A stretch of DNA of 64,000 nucleotides from an uncultured Chloroflexia bacterium (lineage in GTDB: Bacteria > Chloroflexota > Limnocylindria > Limnocylindrales > CSP1-4), in contig CAVXTU010000001.1 in NCBI GenBank assembly GCA_963764785.1, positions 930,643 to 994,642 on the forward strand, written 5' to 3'. The translations under genes were made by a program, and so were the position numbers. The notes beneath the pieces were generated by a model. It saw only the letters and a list, made by a program, of their open reading frames with translations, did not search any database and was not told the origin of the DNA. Positions 1-8,962 of this stretch are shown here, piece by piece (position 1 is the stretch's first letter; every line of letters begins with the position of its first letter).

Positions 1-687
1 GGTCATCAACTCAAGGTCATCGGAGCGGACGCGCCGGACCATGTTGTTGAGGGCTTGCTCGAAGGGCAGGCCCAGGTTGACCTCGCGGATGACACGATTG
101 AACTCCGTCGAGATCGGCGGCTGTGTCTCCCGCACGACCAGCTCGATGGCCTGCAGGAACGAAGCACCGGCGCGCAGCGCGTTGGCGATCAGCATGATGG
201 TGTCGGCCAGGTGGTCGTTGAAGGCCTGGAGCCGCTTGGCCTTTCGACGATTCACATAGAAACGAGGGACCCACCAGCCGACGATCACCGCGACCAACAG
301 GGCGATGCCATTGTCAAGCCCCGGCAGGACGGTGTTGCCGAGCAGGAAGACGACGATGGGCGCCCCCACGACGAGCGCTGCGCGCAAGGCAAGGTACTCA
401 GAGGGGCGCAGCTGCAGGTCAGCCCGAGCCAGCTCGCGGGCCATGTTGGAGCCCCAGTCGCGGCCCTCCACAGCTCGATCCACGCCGACGGCAGCGCGGC
501 CGCTGAACAGGCGCGAGCGCAAGGACTTCTTTCTGGCTGCCGCTTCTGGGTCGCGAGCCTCGGTGGCCGCGATGGCGACCTGTTCGATCCGCTCGGTGGG
601 CGAGACCCGTCGACCCCCGAACAGGCCGAAGAACAGGAGCATGACCGCAGCGGCAGCCATGAGAGCAACGAGGACGGCAGGATCCAT
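1..687 (-). CDS. tadB: Flp pilus assembly protein TadB (type II secretion system F family), 5' part only; gene runs off window start
   Basis: Manual minus-strand translation from ATG at 687-685: MDPAVLVALMAAAAVMLLFFGL... is a polytopic membrane protein with TadB/GspF-like hydrophobic segments. It lies 10 bp downstream of the cpaF stop. Not in ORF track because there is no stop inside the window. Confidence 0.6.
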   Translation of the reverse strand, partial: MDPAVLVALMAAAAVMLLFFGLFGGRRVSPTERIEQVAIAATEARDPEAAARKKSLRSRLFSGRAAVGVDRAVEGRDWGSNMARELARADLQLRPSEYLALRAALVVGAPIVVFLLGNTVLPGLDNGIALLVAVIVGWWVPRFYVNRRKAKRLQAFNDHLADTIMLIANALRAGASFLQAIELVVRETQPPISTEFNRVIREVNLGLPFEQALNNMVRRVRSDDLELMT

Positions 688-696
688 GCTGAGCTC

Positions 697-2118
697 CTAG
701 GATCGATACCCGAAGAGTGCCGGGGGCAGGCTGATGCCCATCACCTCGAACTTCTCGGTGAACTTGGGACGGATGCCGGTAGGCCGGAGTTTGCCCTGGA
801 TCTGCCCGTCGACGATGCCGGTCTGCTCGAAGGTGAAGACCTCCTGCATCACGATGACATCACCCTCCATGCCCTGCACCTCGGTGATGCTGGTCACGCG
901 GCGGGTGCCGTCCTTGAGGCGTGATTGGTGGACGATGAGGTCGACCGCTGATGCGATCTGCTCGCGGATCGCGCGCAGTGGCAGGTCGACGCCGGCCATC
1001 AGGACCATCGTCTCGACTCGCGAAAGCATGTCGCGCGGACTGTTGGAGTGACCGGTGGACATGGATCCGTCATGACCCGTATTCATGGCCTGCAGCATGT
1101 CGAGGGCTTCAGCCGAACGGACCTCGCCGACGATGATGCGGTCAGGCCGCATACGCAGCGAGTTGCGAACCAGCTCGCGGATGGGGATGGCACCCTTGCC
1201 CTCGATGTTGGGGGGGCGTGACTCCAGCGTGATGACGTGCTCCTGGCGGAGCTGCAGCTCCGCGGCATCCTCGATGGTCACGATGCGCTCGTCGTTGGGG
1301 ATGAACGACGACAACACGTTCAAGGTGGTGGTCTTGCCGGAGCCGGTACCGCCGGACACGAAGACGTTGAGCCTCGCTTCCACACAGGCCTTGAGGAAGT
1401 CGAACATCTCCGGTGTGGCAGTGCCAAAGCGAATCAGGTCGTCGACCGTGAATGGCGAGGCCGCGAACTTTCGGATGGTGATGACCGGTCCGACCAGGCT
1501 CAGCGGCGGGATGATGGCGTTGACGCGGGAACCATCGGTCAGGCGCGCATCCACCATCGGGCTGGACTCATCGACACGGCGGCCGATGGGGCTGATGATG
1601 CGATCGATGATGCGCATCACGTGGTCGTCGTTCTGGAACGACAGGTTGGTCAGCTCCAGTTTGCCGGCACGCTCGATGTAAACCTGTCGTGGGCCGTTGA
1701 CCATGACCTCGGTTATGGACTCGTCACGCAGCAGGGGCTCGAGCGGACCCAGGCCGACGATCTCGTCGGTGATCTGCTCGAGCATCCGCACGCGCTCCGC
1801 GCGAGTGAGAGCAAGACCCTCCTCGTCCACGGCGATGCTGAAGATCTCTTCGATCTGACGCCGCACTTCGACCTGGTTGGTGAGGTCGAGCTTGGGGTCA
1901 AGGTCCGAGATGACGCGTTGCTGGATTCGGTACTTCGTATCGCGGAACGATTCGCGCACCGGCACCTGGGAGATGACGCGCTGGGGTGCCTGGGGTGGCG
2001 GCATGGGCTGACCAGGTGGCGGCATGCCGCCGGGCTGGGGTGGCGGCATCGGTGAACCACCGATGGGCCCGCCCTCGCCGGCTGGCCTGGCACTTTCGAT
2101 CCGCTTCAGCAGTGACAT
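697..2118 (-). CDS. cpaF: CpaF/TadA-type pilus assembly ATPase (type II/IV secretion NTPase)
   Basis: Walker A VSGGTGSGKTTTLNVL, Asp/His boxes and a Pro-rich N-terminus typical of CpaF; TAG stop at 697-699. Confidence 0.9.
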   Translation of the reverse strand: MSLLKRIESARPAGEGGPIGGSPMPPPQPGGMPPPGQPMPPPQAPQRVISQVPVRESFRDTKYRIQQRVISDLDPKLDLTNQVEVRRQIEEIFSIAVDEEGLALTRAERVRMLEQITDEIVGLGPLEPLLRDESITEVMVNGPRQVYIERAGKLELTNLSFQNDDHVMRIIDRIISPIGRRVDESSPMVDARLTDGSRVNAIIPPLSLVGPVITIRKFAASPFTVDDLIRFGTATPEMFDFLKACVEARLNVFVSGGTGSGKTTTLNVLSSFIPNDERIVTIEDAAELQLRQEHVITLESRPPNIEGKGAIPIRELVRNSLRMRPDRIIVGEVRSAEALDMLQAMNTGHDGSMSTGHSNSPRDMLSRVETMVLMAGVDLPLRAIREQIASAVDLIVHQSRLKDGTRRVTSITEVQGMEGDVIVMQEVFTFEQTGIVDGQIQGKLRPTGIRPKFTEKFEVMGISLPPALFGYRS

Positions 2119-2152
2119 TTCGACATCTCCCTAACGAGGATCCATGACGACT

Positions 2153-3385
2153 TCACCGCCGTCCAAAGAGTTTGCGTGAGGCGTCCTTTTCCTCTTCGCT
2201 TTCGGAGTCGCCCTGTTCGGCGACCAGCGCACGCGAGATCTTGAGGATGTCTTCACTGACCGGAGCCTGACTGTTGCTCCATACGAACGGGACGCCACGA
2301 TTGAGGGCATAGACGACGGTGCGACCGTCGGAGACGACCTGGTGATCGATCTTGCGTCCGACCGAGTTCTCGACGTCAGCAACACGGATGCCGAAGGCAG
2401 AGTCAGCCCGGTTCAGGACCAGCTTCAGCCGGTCCCCGTAACCGAGTTGCTCGGCGACCTCCAGGAAGAGACGGATGTTCTTGATGTTGGTGATCTCCAG
2501 CGTGAGGACCGTGAGGATCACATCCGACATGTCCAGGAGGGCCAGGGAGACGTCGTTGAAATGGGGCCACAGGTCCACGATGGTGAAGTCGTTGGTCTGG
2601 CGCAGCCTGTCCATCATGCGTCGGATCTGGTCGACGGTGATGAGCTCAGCCATCTCCGGGCTGGGCGGTGCCAGCAGCACCTTGATGCCGGTGCTGTGGT
2701 TGATCAGCGACGTGTCAACCATGTCCTCATCGGTCGAGGCGGGGTCAGCGACGACATCGATGATGGACTTGTTCTTGGGGTTCAGGTTCAGCAGGACCCC
2801 GACATCACCGAATTGGAACGAGCCGTCCACGAGGGTGACCCGCTGACGCTGCTCGCCGGCCATGGCCACGGCGAGGTTCACGGCAAGGGTCGTGCGACCA
2901 ACGCCGCCCTTCGGGGCGAAGAGGGTAACGATCTTGCCGTTCTTCCGGTCTGTATCACCCGAGCCCCCGGCGCCCGGCGCGGGCACCATCATGCGGCCCC
3001 GCTTCTGCTTCTCGCGGATGAAGACCTGGCGGATCGATGCGGTCAGCTCGTCGGAGCTGAACGGCTTGACCAGGAACTCGCGTGCACCTGCCAGCATGGA
3101 GCGTCGCAGGTAATCGGCTTCACCCTGAACGCTCATCATGATGATGGAGGTCATCGGGAACGTCGCTGAGACGCGCTCGGTGGTGGCGATGCCATCCATG
3201 CCCGGCATGTTGATGTCCATGAGCAGGATGTCGGGCTGCACCTTGCCGGTGATCTCGACAGCTTCTTCGCCCGAGGCGGCCGTGCCGACCACCTCGATGT
3301 CCGATTCGAATGACAGCAGCTTGGTCAGATGCTCTCGGGTCTCGGCGATGTCATCGACGATGACGACACGGATCTGTTCGCTCAT
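2153..3385 (-). CDS. cpaE: Response-regulator receiver domain fused to CpaE/MinD-like ParA ATPase (TadZ-like)
   Basis: N-term REC (VVIVDDIAETRE...DILLMDINMPGMDG) followed by a deviant Walker A FAPKGGVGRTTLAVNLA. Confidence 0.85.
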   Translation of the reverse strand: MSEQIRVVIVDDIAETREHLTKLLSFESDIEVVGTAASGEEAVEITGKVQPDILLMDINMPGMDGIATTERVSATFPMTSIIMMSVQGEADYLRRSMLAGAREFLVKPFSSDELTASIRQVFIREKQKRGRMMVPAPGAGGSGDTDRKNGKIVTLFAPKGGVGRTTLAVNLAVAMAGEQRQRVTLVDGSFQFGDVGVLLNLNPKNKSIIDVVADPASTDEDMVDTSLINHSTGIKVLLAPPSPEMAELITVDQIRRMMDRLRQTNDFTIVDLWPHFNDVSLALLDMSDVILTVLTLEITNIKNIRLFLEVAEQLGYGDRLKLVLNRADSAFGIRVADVENSVGRKIDHQVVSDGRTVVYALNRGVPFVWSNSQAPVSEDILKISRALVAEQGDSESEEEKDASRKLFGRR

Positions 3386-3725
3386 GCTCGGTTCCTCTGG
3401 GCCGCGATGGGCAGGTCGGCCACGGCGGGTGCTACAGGGTAGTCCGCTGTCCAGAAAACGACCAGCCAGTGGCTGGTGTGGCGAACGGCTGGCCCGGGCA
3501 CGAACTCACCGGAGGTAGACAACAAGAGCAGGACTCCAACTGGTGTGACAGGTGTCACCGGAATCCTATGCAGGCCACCCTGTGCAATCGACATGACCAT
3601 CGGGCTATACGGCATAGGAGCCCTGTGTGGGGTGCGGAGCGGTTTCGTTGGGCCTGGATCGGCCGCGCGAGGTCGCGGCGGCTATCATTGCCCCGACATA
3701 CCCCGATCCCCTCAGAGGTTCCTGC

Positions 3726-4637
3726 ATGCGTCAGATCCGGCTGCGCAGATTGCGCAGGCGACTGGGTCTCTACCAGCCACCGACCCCGACACTCAAGGCC
3801 ATGGATCCGGCGAGCGTCCGTCAACGTCGGCGTGTCTTCGAGACGCTGCCGGACTACCCCGAGTGTCCCGAGGGTTGGCACACCGGAGCGCCCGACTTCG
3901 TCATCTTCGGTGCCCAGAAGTCGGGCACTACGTGGTGGTTTCGCCTGATCGAGCAGCATCCTGATGTGGTCCAACCCGTCAACCAACGGCCGGAACTGCA
4001 TTTCTTCGATCGTCTCTGGGCGGAATGGCCGGATGACGAGGCTATCGCCAGCTATCACCGCTACTTCCCTCGTCCTGGGGGCAAAATCGTCGGTGAGAAG
4101 ACGCCCGAATACCTCTCCTGTCCCTGGGCTCCGCCCATGGTCAAGCTGGCTGCCCCTGATACCAAGGTCATCGTGCTGCTCCGCGACCCGGTGGAGCGCT
4201 ACATCTCCGGCATGAGCCACATGGACCGCGGTGGACTGCTTGATGAGTCCGAGGCCGAGGGGGTCGTGCGGGTGCTGGGTGATCGGATGCGCGTCGTGTC
4301 CGATGCCATCTCTCGCGGGCTGTACGCTGGACAGCTGCAGTGGCTCCTGGAGTCGTACCCGGCCGAGAACGTGCTGGTCTTGCCCTACGAGGCCTGCGCT
4401 GCCGATGCGGCTGGGCAGCTGTCCAGGACCTTCGAGTTCCTGGGCCTGGCGCCGTTCCAGCTCCCCACCGAAGAATTGGCTCGAGCGCGCAACAAGGCGA
4501 AGCTTGAGAAGGTGGCAGTGCCTGACGAGCATATCGAGCTGCTGCGTCGGTACTACCGATCGGACGTCGAGCGGTTGCATTCCATGATGCCGGAGCTCGA
4601 CCTGTCCCTGTGGCCACATTTCAAGGAGTTGGCCTGA
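3726..4637 (+). CDS. PAPS-dependent sulfotransferase family protein (start uncertain: GTG 3627, ATG 3726 or ATG 3801)
   Basis: 5'-PSB loop FGAQKSGTTWW and 3'-PB motif LLRDPVERYISGMSH, the two sulfotransferase signature motifs. Confidence 0.75.
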   Translation: MRQIRLRRLRRRLGLYQPPTPTLKAMDPASVRQRRRVFETLPDYPECPEGWHTGAPDFVIFGAQKSGTTWWFRLIEQHPDVVQPVNQRPELHFFDRLWAEWPDDEAIASYHRYFPRPGGKIVGEKTPEYLSCPWAPPMVKLAAPDTKVIVLLRDPVERYISGMSHMDRGGLLDESEAEGVVRVLGDRMRVVSDAISRGLYAGQLQWLLESYPAENVLVLPYEACAADAAGQLSRTFEFLGLAPFQLPTEELARARNKAKLEKVAVPDEHIELLRRYYRSDVERLHSMMPELDLSLWPHFKELA

Positions 4638-4668
4638 CCATCCGCGTCCGACTTCGCGGAGCGTGAAG

Positions 4669-4698
4669 CGGCGCCGGCCGTTGTGGCCGACGCCGTTT
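4669..4698. terminator. GC-rich hairpin (cggcgccggcc-gttgt-ggccgacgccg) followed by TTT, between convergent sulfotransferase and Flp pilin genes
   Basis: Inverted repeat with one mismatch read directly from the sequence; T-run follows on + strand. Confidence 0.45.
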
Positions 4699-4722
4699 CG
4701 TCATTCGGATCGAGACCTTCGG

Positions 4723-4887
4723 TTAGATCTGCACGCCGATGGTCGAAAGGATGTTCGAGATCTCGCCGCCGAGGAAGATGAGGGCGGCGATCGCGATGAT
4801 GGCGATCAAGGCAAGGATCAGAGCGTACTCAGCAAGGCCCTGTCCGTCCTCGTCCCTGGTGTTGAGCCAGTCGTTGAAAACAGTCAC
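4723..4887 (-). CDS. flp: Flp/Fap family type IVb pilin (54 aa, GTG start); missed by ORF track (<60 aa)
   Basis: Revcomp translation VTVFNDWLNTRDEDGQGLAEYALILALIAIIAIAALIFLGGEISNILSTIGVQI*. The G/xxxxEY prepilin peptidase motif plus hydrophobic helix is the canonical Flp pilin signature. RBS GGAAGGAGG sits 9 nt upstream; TAA stop at 4723-4725. Confidence 0.85.
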   Translation of the reverse strand: MTVFNDWLNTRDEDGQGLAEYALILALIAIIAIAALIFLGGEISNILSTIGVQI

Positions 4888-5024
4888 GTGGTACTACCTC
4901 CTTCCCGTCTGGATTCGCGCTCTCGGCAGCGCTGACCCAGACACTGCATGCTCGGCAGGAGTCTCGAAATGGGTGGTCGGTACACCACCCCTGGGACCAC
5001 CGGTCCGGGTAGATCTTGCTGGTC

Positions 5025-5762
5025 CTACCGGGAGAGCGGCGCCACCAGCTCCATGACTTGACCCTCATCACGCATGGTCAGCTTCATGCCCAGGGCTCGC
5101 GCCCGAGCAGCGATCTCGTTGACCCGATCGGGCGCCAGGGCCCTGGACGCGATGTGCGCCTCACGCTCTGCGGACCGCTTCTCCTCCATCATCGCGAGGA
5201 GGGCTGGAGGAGTGTCCGCGGTGCGAGCCGCGGCGGCTGCACTGGACTCGGATTGACCCTCGGCGCTAACACGGGGCCAGGTGCCTTCGACGGTCGCCAC
5301 CAGTTCGTGGGCCGACCAATCCAGCCGCACCAGCACCGAGGGTGGCGTGAGCGCAAGGTAGCCCACGATGGCTTCATCGACGCTGCGGTAGACCGCACTC
5401 TCGATGTCCGTATCGATGCGCTCCTCGATGCCATGTGAACCGAAATCGACGTTGATGCCAGACCGGCGCCCACGGTCGCTGGCGATACGGCGGATGGTCG
5501 GACCAAGGCCCAGGTCGTCCAGCACCATCGGCCGGATCTCGAAGATGAAGGACTTGGTCGTGTCGAGGGCCTGCTGGACGAGCTGTCGCAAGACCTCGAC
5601 CTCGTCCCCGGCGCGTGCATCGCCCTTCTGCATGAGGCGCTCGACGATCTCCGCCTGAAGTCCGATATTGGCGATCGACTGCGCGGGGCCGTCGTGGAGC
5701 CGTCGCACGATATCGCGTCGCAGGTCCTCCTGGCCTCGGAGTACCGCGGCAGGCTGATTCAT
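5025..5762 (-). CDS. HisKA_3-type (NarL-family) histidine kinase core with apparently degenerate ATP-binding motifs
   Basis: H-box RRLHDGPAQ and the RPMVLDDLGLGPTIRR helix are present. The expected N-box Asn and DxGxG/GxGL motifs are not recognisable (VDEAIVGYLAL, TVEGTW). There is no TM/sensor domain. Confidence 0.55.
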   Translation of the reverse strand: MNQPAAVLRGQEDLRRDIVRRLHDGPAQSIANIGLQAEIVERLMQKGDARAGDEVEVLRQLVQQALDTTKSFIFEIRPMVLDDLGLGPTIRRIASDRGRRSGINVDFGSHGIEERIDTDIESAVYRSVDEAIVGYLALTPPSVLVRLDWSAHELVATVEGTWPRVSAEGQSESSAAAAARTADTPPALLAMMEEKRSAEREAHIASRALAPDRVNEIAARARALGMKLTMRDEGQVMELVAPLSR

Positions 5763-6364
5763 GCCGGGCGCACCGCTCCCCCGGCCGCGGCCGCGAGCGC
5801 CCGGAGTCCGGACGTGGCGGTTGGCGCTGGACGACTGGCGCCTCCAGCCATCGAAGCCAGGCTGTTGTCGATCTCGACGAGACGTTGGAGGAAGCGCGCC
5901 AGGATGCGCTGCTTTCCTTCGAGCACCTGTCGCTGGGCGTCGAACAGGAGCTCGCGACGCGTCAATGCCAGCAGGCTATCGCGAAGCTCGGATAGCTCAT
6001 CGGCATCTGGAGCGGCACCCGTTTCCAGCGCCGAGAGACGCTGCTCCATCTTGGCGCGCCGCGTTTCGTGGCGCTCGATCTCGACAAGGACCTGCTCCGT
6101 GAGCATGTCGATCTCGCCGTTCTCGCCATCGATCCGACGGATGTCATCCTCTAGCTCGGCGCGCAGGCTCTGGACGCTGGAGCCGCCGAGTTGCGCCGCG
6201 GAGCGGACCGCAGGCGACCCGGCAGCTGTGGCTGAGCCCGCTGCCGGCGGAGCCGAGGGCACCGATGGGTTCGGACCGCCCCTGTCAGCTGGCCCGGGGT
6301 TGGCTGCTTGATCGCCCCCTGTCCCTGGAGGACCGGGAGCGCCGGGACGCTCCGGGTTGCTCAA
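5759..6364 (-). CDS. Pro/Gly-rich + coiled-coil protein, translationally coupled (ATGA overlaps) between the RR and kinase-core genes
   Basis: Heptad-like LRAELEDDIRRIDGENGEIDMLTEQVLVEIERHETRRAKMEQRLSALE; 4-nt overlaps at both ends. Confidence 0.5.
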   Translation of the reverse strand: MSNPERPGAPGPPGTGGDQAANPGPADRGGPNPSVPSAPPAAGSATAAGSPAVRSAAQLGGSSVQSLRAELEDDIRRIDGENGEIDMLTEQVLVEIERHETRRAKMEQRLSALETGAAPDADELSELRDSLLALTRRELLFDAQRQVLEGKQRILARFLQRLVEIDNSLASMAGGASRPAPTATSGLRALAAAAGGAVRPA

Positions 6365-7107
6365 TCTTCGGGGATCCTGATCCAGCCCTGCTTCATGGCG
6401 TAGACCACAGCCTGGGTGCGGTCGTTGACGGAGAGCTTGCGGAGGATCGAGCTCATGTGGTTCTTGACGGTCTGCTCGCTGATCGACAAGGCATAGGCGA
6501 CCTGCTTGTTGGTCATACCTTTGGCGATGTTGTCAAGGATCTCGACCTCGCGGGGTGAGAGCGGCGCGAAGATCGGAGCCGCCTCCTGCCCATACACGGC
6601 CAGCTCACGGAATTCCTTGAGCACCCGATTGGCGACCGACGGTCGGGCGAATACCTTGTCGTTGATGAGGTACTCGCCGGCATTGACGCGACGGATGATG
6701 GTCACCAGGTCCTCAGGTCCGATGTCCTTGAGCAGGAACGCCGCCGCACCCGCCTTGATAGCTTCGAACAGCTGATCCTCGTCTTCATTCGTGGCCAGGG
6801 CGATGATCCCGGCACTGGGGACCTCGCGCTTGACACGCTGCGTCGTCTCGATCCCTCCCGGCGCGGGCAACGATAGGTCGAGCAGCACGATGTCCGGCGT
6901 GCTGGCACTCGCAGCATCGATCGCGCTTCGTGAATCATCCGCCTCGGCGACGACTTCGAAGTCGTCTTCGGCCTCAAGGGTCTGCCGCATGCCCACGCGG
7001 TACAGAGCGTGGTCATCGACGAGCAGGATCTTGACGCGCATGCCGGGCTCTCGCCGGTCCGGCCCTCCACGGCGCCGATCAGGTCCCTTGTACTCGCCCG
7101 GAGTCAT
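6361..7107 (-). CDS. NarL/LuxR-family response regulator (likely real start at MRVKILLVDDH, ~7044)
   Basis: REC domain VKILLVDDHALYRVG...DIVLLDLSLP and a C-terminal LuxR HTH LSPREVEILDNIAKGMTNKQVAYALSISEQTVKNH. Confidence 0.85.
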   Translation of the reverse strand: MTPGEYKGPDRRRGGPDRREPGMRVKILLVDDHALYRVGMRQTLEAEDDFEVVAEADDSRSAIDAASASTPDIVLLDLSLPAPGGIETTQRVKREVPSAGIIALATNEDEDQLFEAIKAGAAAFLLKDIGPEDLVTIIRRVNAGEYLINDKVFARPSVANRVLKEFRELAVYGQEAAPIFAPLSPREVEILDNIAKGMTNKQVAYALSISEQTVKNHMSSILRKLSVNDRTQAVVYAMKQGWIRIPED

Positions 7108-7312
7108 ACCACGCTCCTCTCCCTGGGGTCAGGCCCGAGCCAGGTGGTCGTGCCTGCATCTGCTTGGCTGACGATAACCGTCCGTGCGTTCCGGGTTTGC
7201 ACCACGACACACACGAGAGGCCTCCCCATCCGTTGCCGCCGCGTGTGCAGCGTCCCGTCGTTCATGTGGCTCGGAGTATAGGCGTTAAGGCGGGCGTCTC
7301 TTGCGCGTCTGC

Positions 7313-8962
7313 TCATCGGGTGACACAGCCGGTGTCGAGCCTGAACAGCCACGCCGGCTCCGGCTCATCGGTCAACCACTCCGGCGGGGTGGACAGGCAA
7401 CCAGCCGCGGCCTCGGTGAGCAACGCCTCGGGGTAGCGGCCTCGTTCGCCCGCCACGACGACCCACGGTGCGTCGAATGTGCGACTCAAGGCGAGCAGGC
7501 TGTCGAGATCCTCGTTGGGCAGGGCTACGGCATTGGTACCGAGTGCATCGGCGATCCACATGGGATGGTCGCTGATGACGGTGTCGGGTACGGATACTTC
7601 GTCGCGGGTCGCCACGGCCTCGACAGCTCTTGCCACCGCTTCGTACCGCTCCTGCGTGGCCTGAGACTGCGTCGAGAAGACCTGTACCTGGAATGCCGTC
7701 AGTAGCCCAGCCATGGTGACCAACGCGATCGGGGCCAGGATGACGTTGGGCTTCTCCCACTTTCGCTTGGCGGAAACGCGGGCCAGCAGGGCATCTCCAC
7801 CGAGGGCGGAAAGGACGATCAGGGCGACCAGCAGTGGCCCTGAGGAGTGCATGAACGTGCCCCACAGCGTGGCCACCGGAAAGAGCAGCATGGTGGTGAT
7901 GAAGGTCAGGCCACTGCTGATGAGCAAGGTCAAGAGCGCGGTCGGTCGATGCAGGGCTGGCGATCGTCTCATGCCCAGCAGGGCCAGCAGGCCGACGATG
8001 CCGACCGGGAATGCCGTGAAGGCGATGACGTTGAGGAAACTGTCCCAGGTCGCCGCCAGTGGGTTCCCCAGGACCGTGACGAGGCCCTGGCCAAAGTAGC
8101 TGGCCGCATCGGCGTGGTCGCGGAACGCGAAGATGTCCTCGTTGTCGATGAGGAACATGTTCTCGACGGCCTGTCCGGGAAAGGGGCTTCCAAGGTCGAC
8201 GAGGTTTCGGAGCAGCCACGGGACGACCACGATGATGCCCCCGGCTGCCACTGGCCAGAGTCGCCCTGCTACATCGCGCAAGCGTCCTGTCGGCATCGCG
8301 CGCGCCACCCACCAGCTCATCAGCACGACCGTGAGCCCAAGCCAGATGACCTCCTGGCGCGACAGGTAGGCGCAACCCAGTACGAGGCCCAGTCCCAGCC
8401 CGGCCAGCCGATGACGGCCGCCAGCGTCGCGGACACCATGCCGGAACCCCAGCACGCGTGGCACGAGCAGTGCCGCGACGCCCATGAAGACGGTGAACGG
8501 CGTGAACGAGTCTGGCACCGCCGCGCCCAGTACCAGCGGGCTCAGCACGGCCGCCAGCACGCCGGAGGCGATGGCTACGGCACCGCCCCGACGACGATCG
8601 AGCGCCTGCGTGGTGGCTGCCTCGCGGCCCACCGCCCAGGCCAGGGGTGCCACGAGCGATCCCAGCAACGCTCCGCCCAGCTGGGCCACGCCGTAGCCCG
8701 TACCCAGCACCGCCATGGGTAGGGACGAGACGAATGTGCTCATCGGTAGCCACAGTTCGAACGCCGGCTTCGGCGCCACCAGTGGCAGAGTGGCGAAGCT
8801 CCAGACGCCGTGGCTGACCAGTCCCTGACCGGCGATGAGATTGCGCGCGACATCGGCGTAGTACGCGCTTGGCTCGGTCGTCGGGAAAGGGATCTGCTCG
8901 GCAGCGATGATGCGGATGGCCAGGGCCAGCAGATACAGGCCTACCGGGACGAGCACCGTCAT
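7313..8962 (-). CDS. GT-C fold membrane glycosyltransferase (PMT_2 / ArnT-like, polyprenyl-phosphate-sugar dependent)
   Basis: Multi-TM protein with the first-loop motif EPSAYYADVARNLIAGQG (D/E-x-x-YY-A-x-x-AR-x-L-x-x-G), characteristic of GT39/GT83. Start chosen at internal MTVLV, giving an ATGA overlap with the upstream paralog. Confidence 0.7.
   Translation of the reverse strand: MTVLVPVGLYLLALAIRIIAAEQIPFPTTEPSAYYADVARNLIAGQGLVSHGVWSFATLPLVAPKPAFELWLPMSTFVSSLPMAVLGTGYGVAQLGGALLGSLVAPLAWAVGREAATTQALDRRRGGAVAIASGVLAAVLSPLVLGAAVPDSFTPFTVFMGVAALLVPRVLGFRHGVRDAGGRHRLAGLGLGLVLGCAYLSRQEVIWLGLTVVLMSWWVARAMPTGRLRDVAGRLWPVAAGGIIVVVPWLLRNLVDLGSPFPGQAVENMFLIDNEDIFAFRDHADAASYFGQGLVTVLGNPLAATWDSFLNVIAFTAFPVGIVGLLALLGMRRSPALHRPTALLTLLISSGLTFITTMLLFPVATLWGTFMHSSGPLLVALIVLSALGGDALLARVSAKRKWEKPNVILAPIALVTMAGLLTAFQVQVFSTQSQATQERYEAVARAVEAVATRDEVSVPDTVISDHPMWIADALGTNAVALPNEDLDSLLALSRTFDAPWVVVAGERGRYPEALLTEAAAGCLSTPPEWLTDEPEPAWLFRLDTGCVTR

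Noticed and set aside
55-924. 289-aa + strand ORF at window start
   Set aside because: Overlaps minus-strand tadB and cpaF, which have clear signatures; its composition is Asp/Gly/Arg-rich, typical of a wrong frame.
3555-4619. 354-aa antisense ORF over the sulfotransferase gene
   Set aside because: No motifs; the opposite strand carries clear PAPS-binding motifs.
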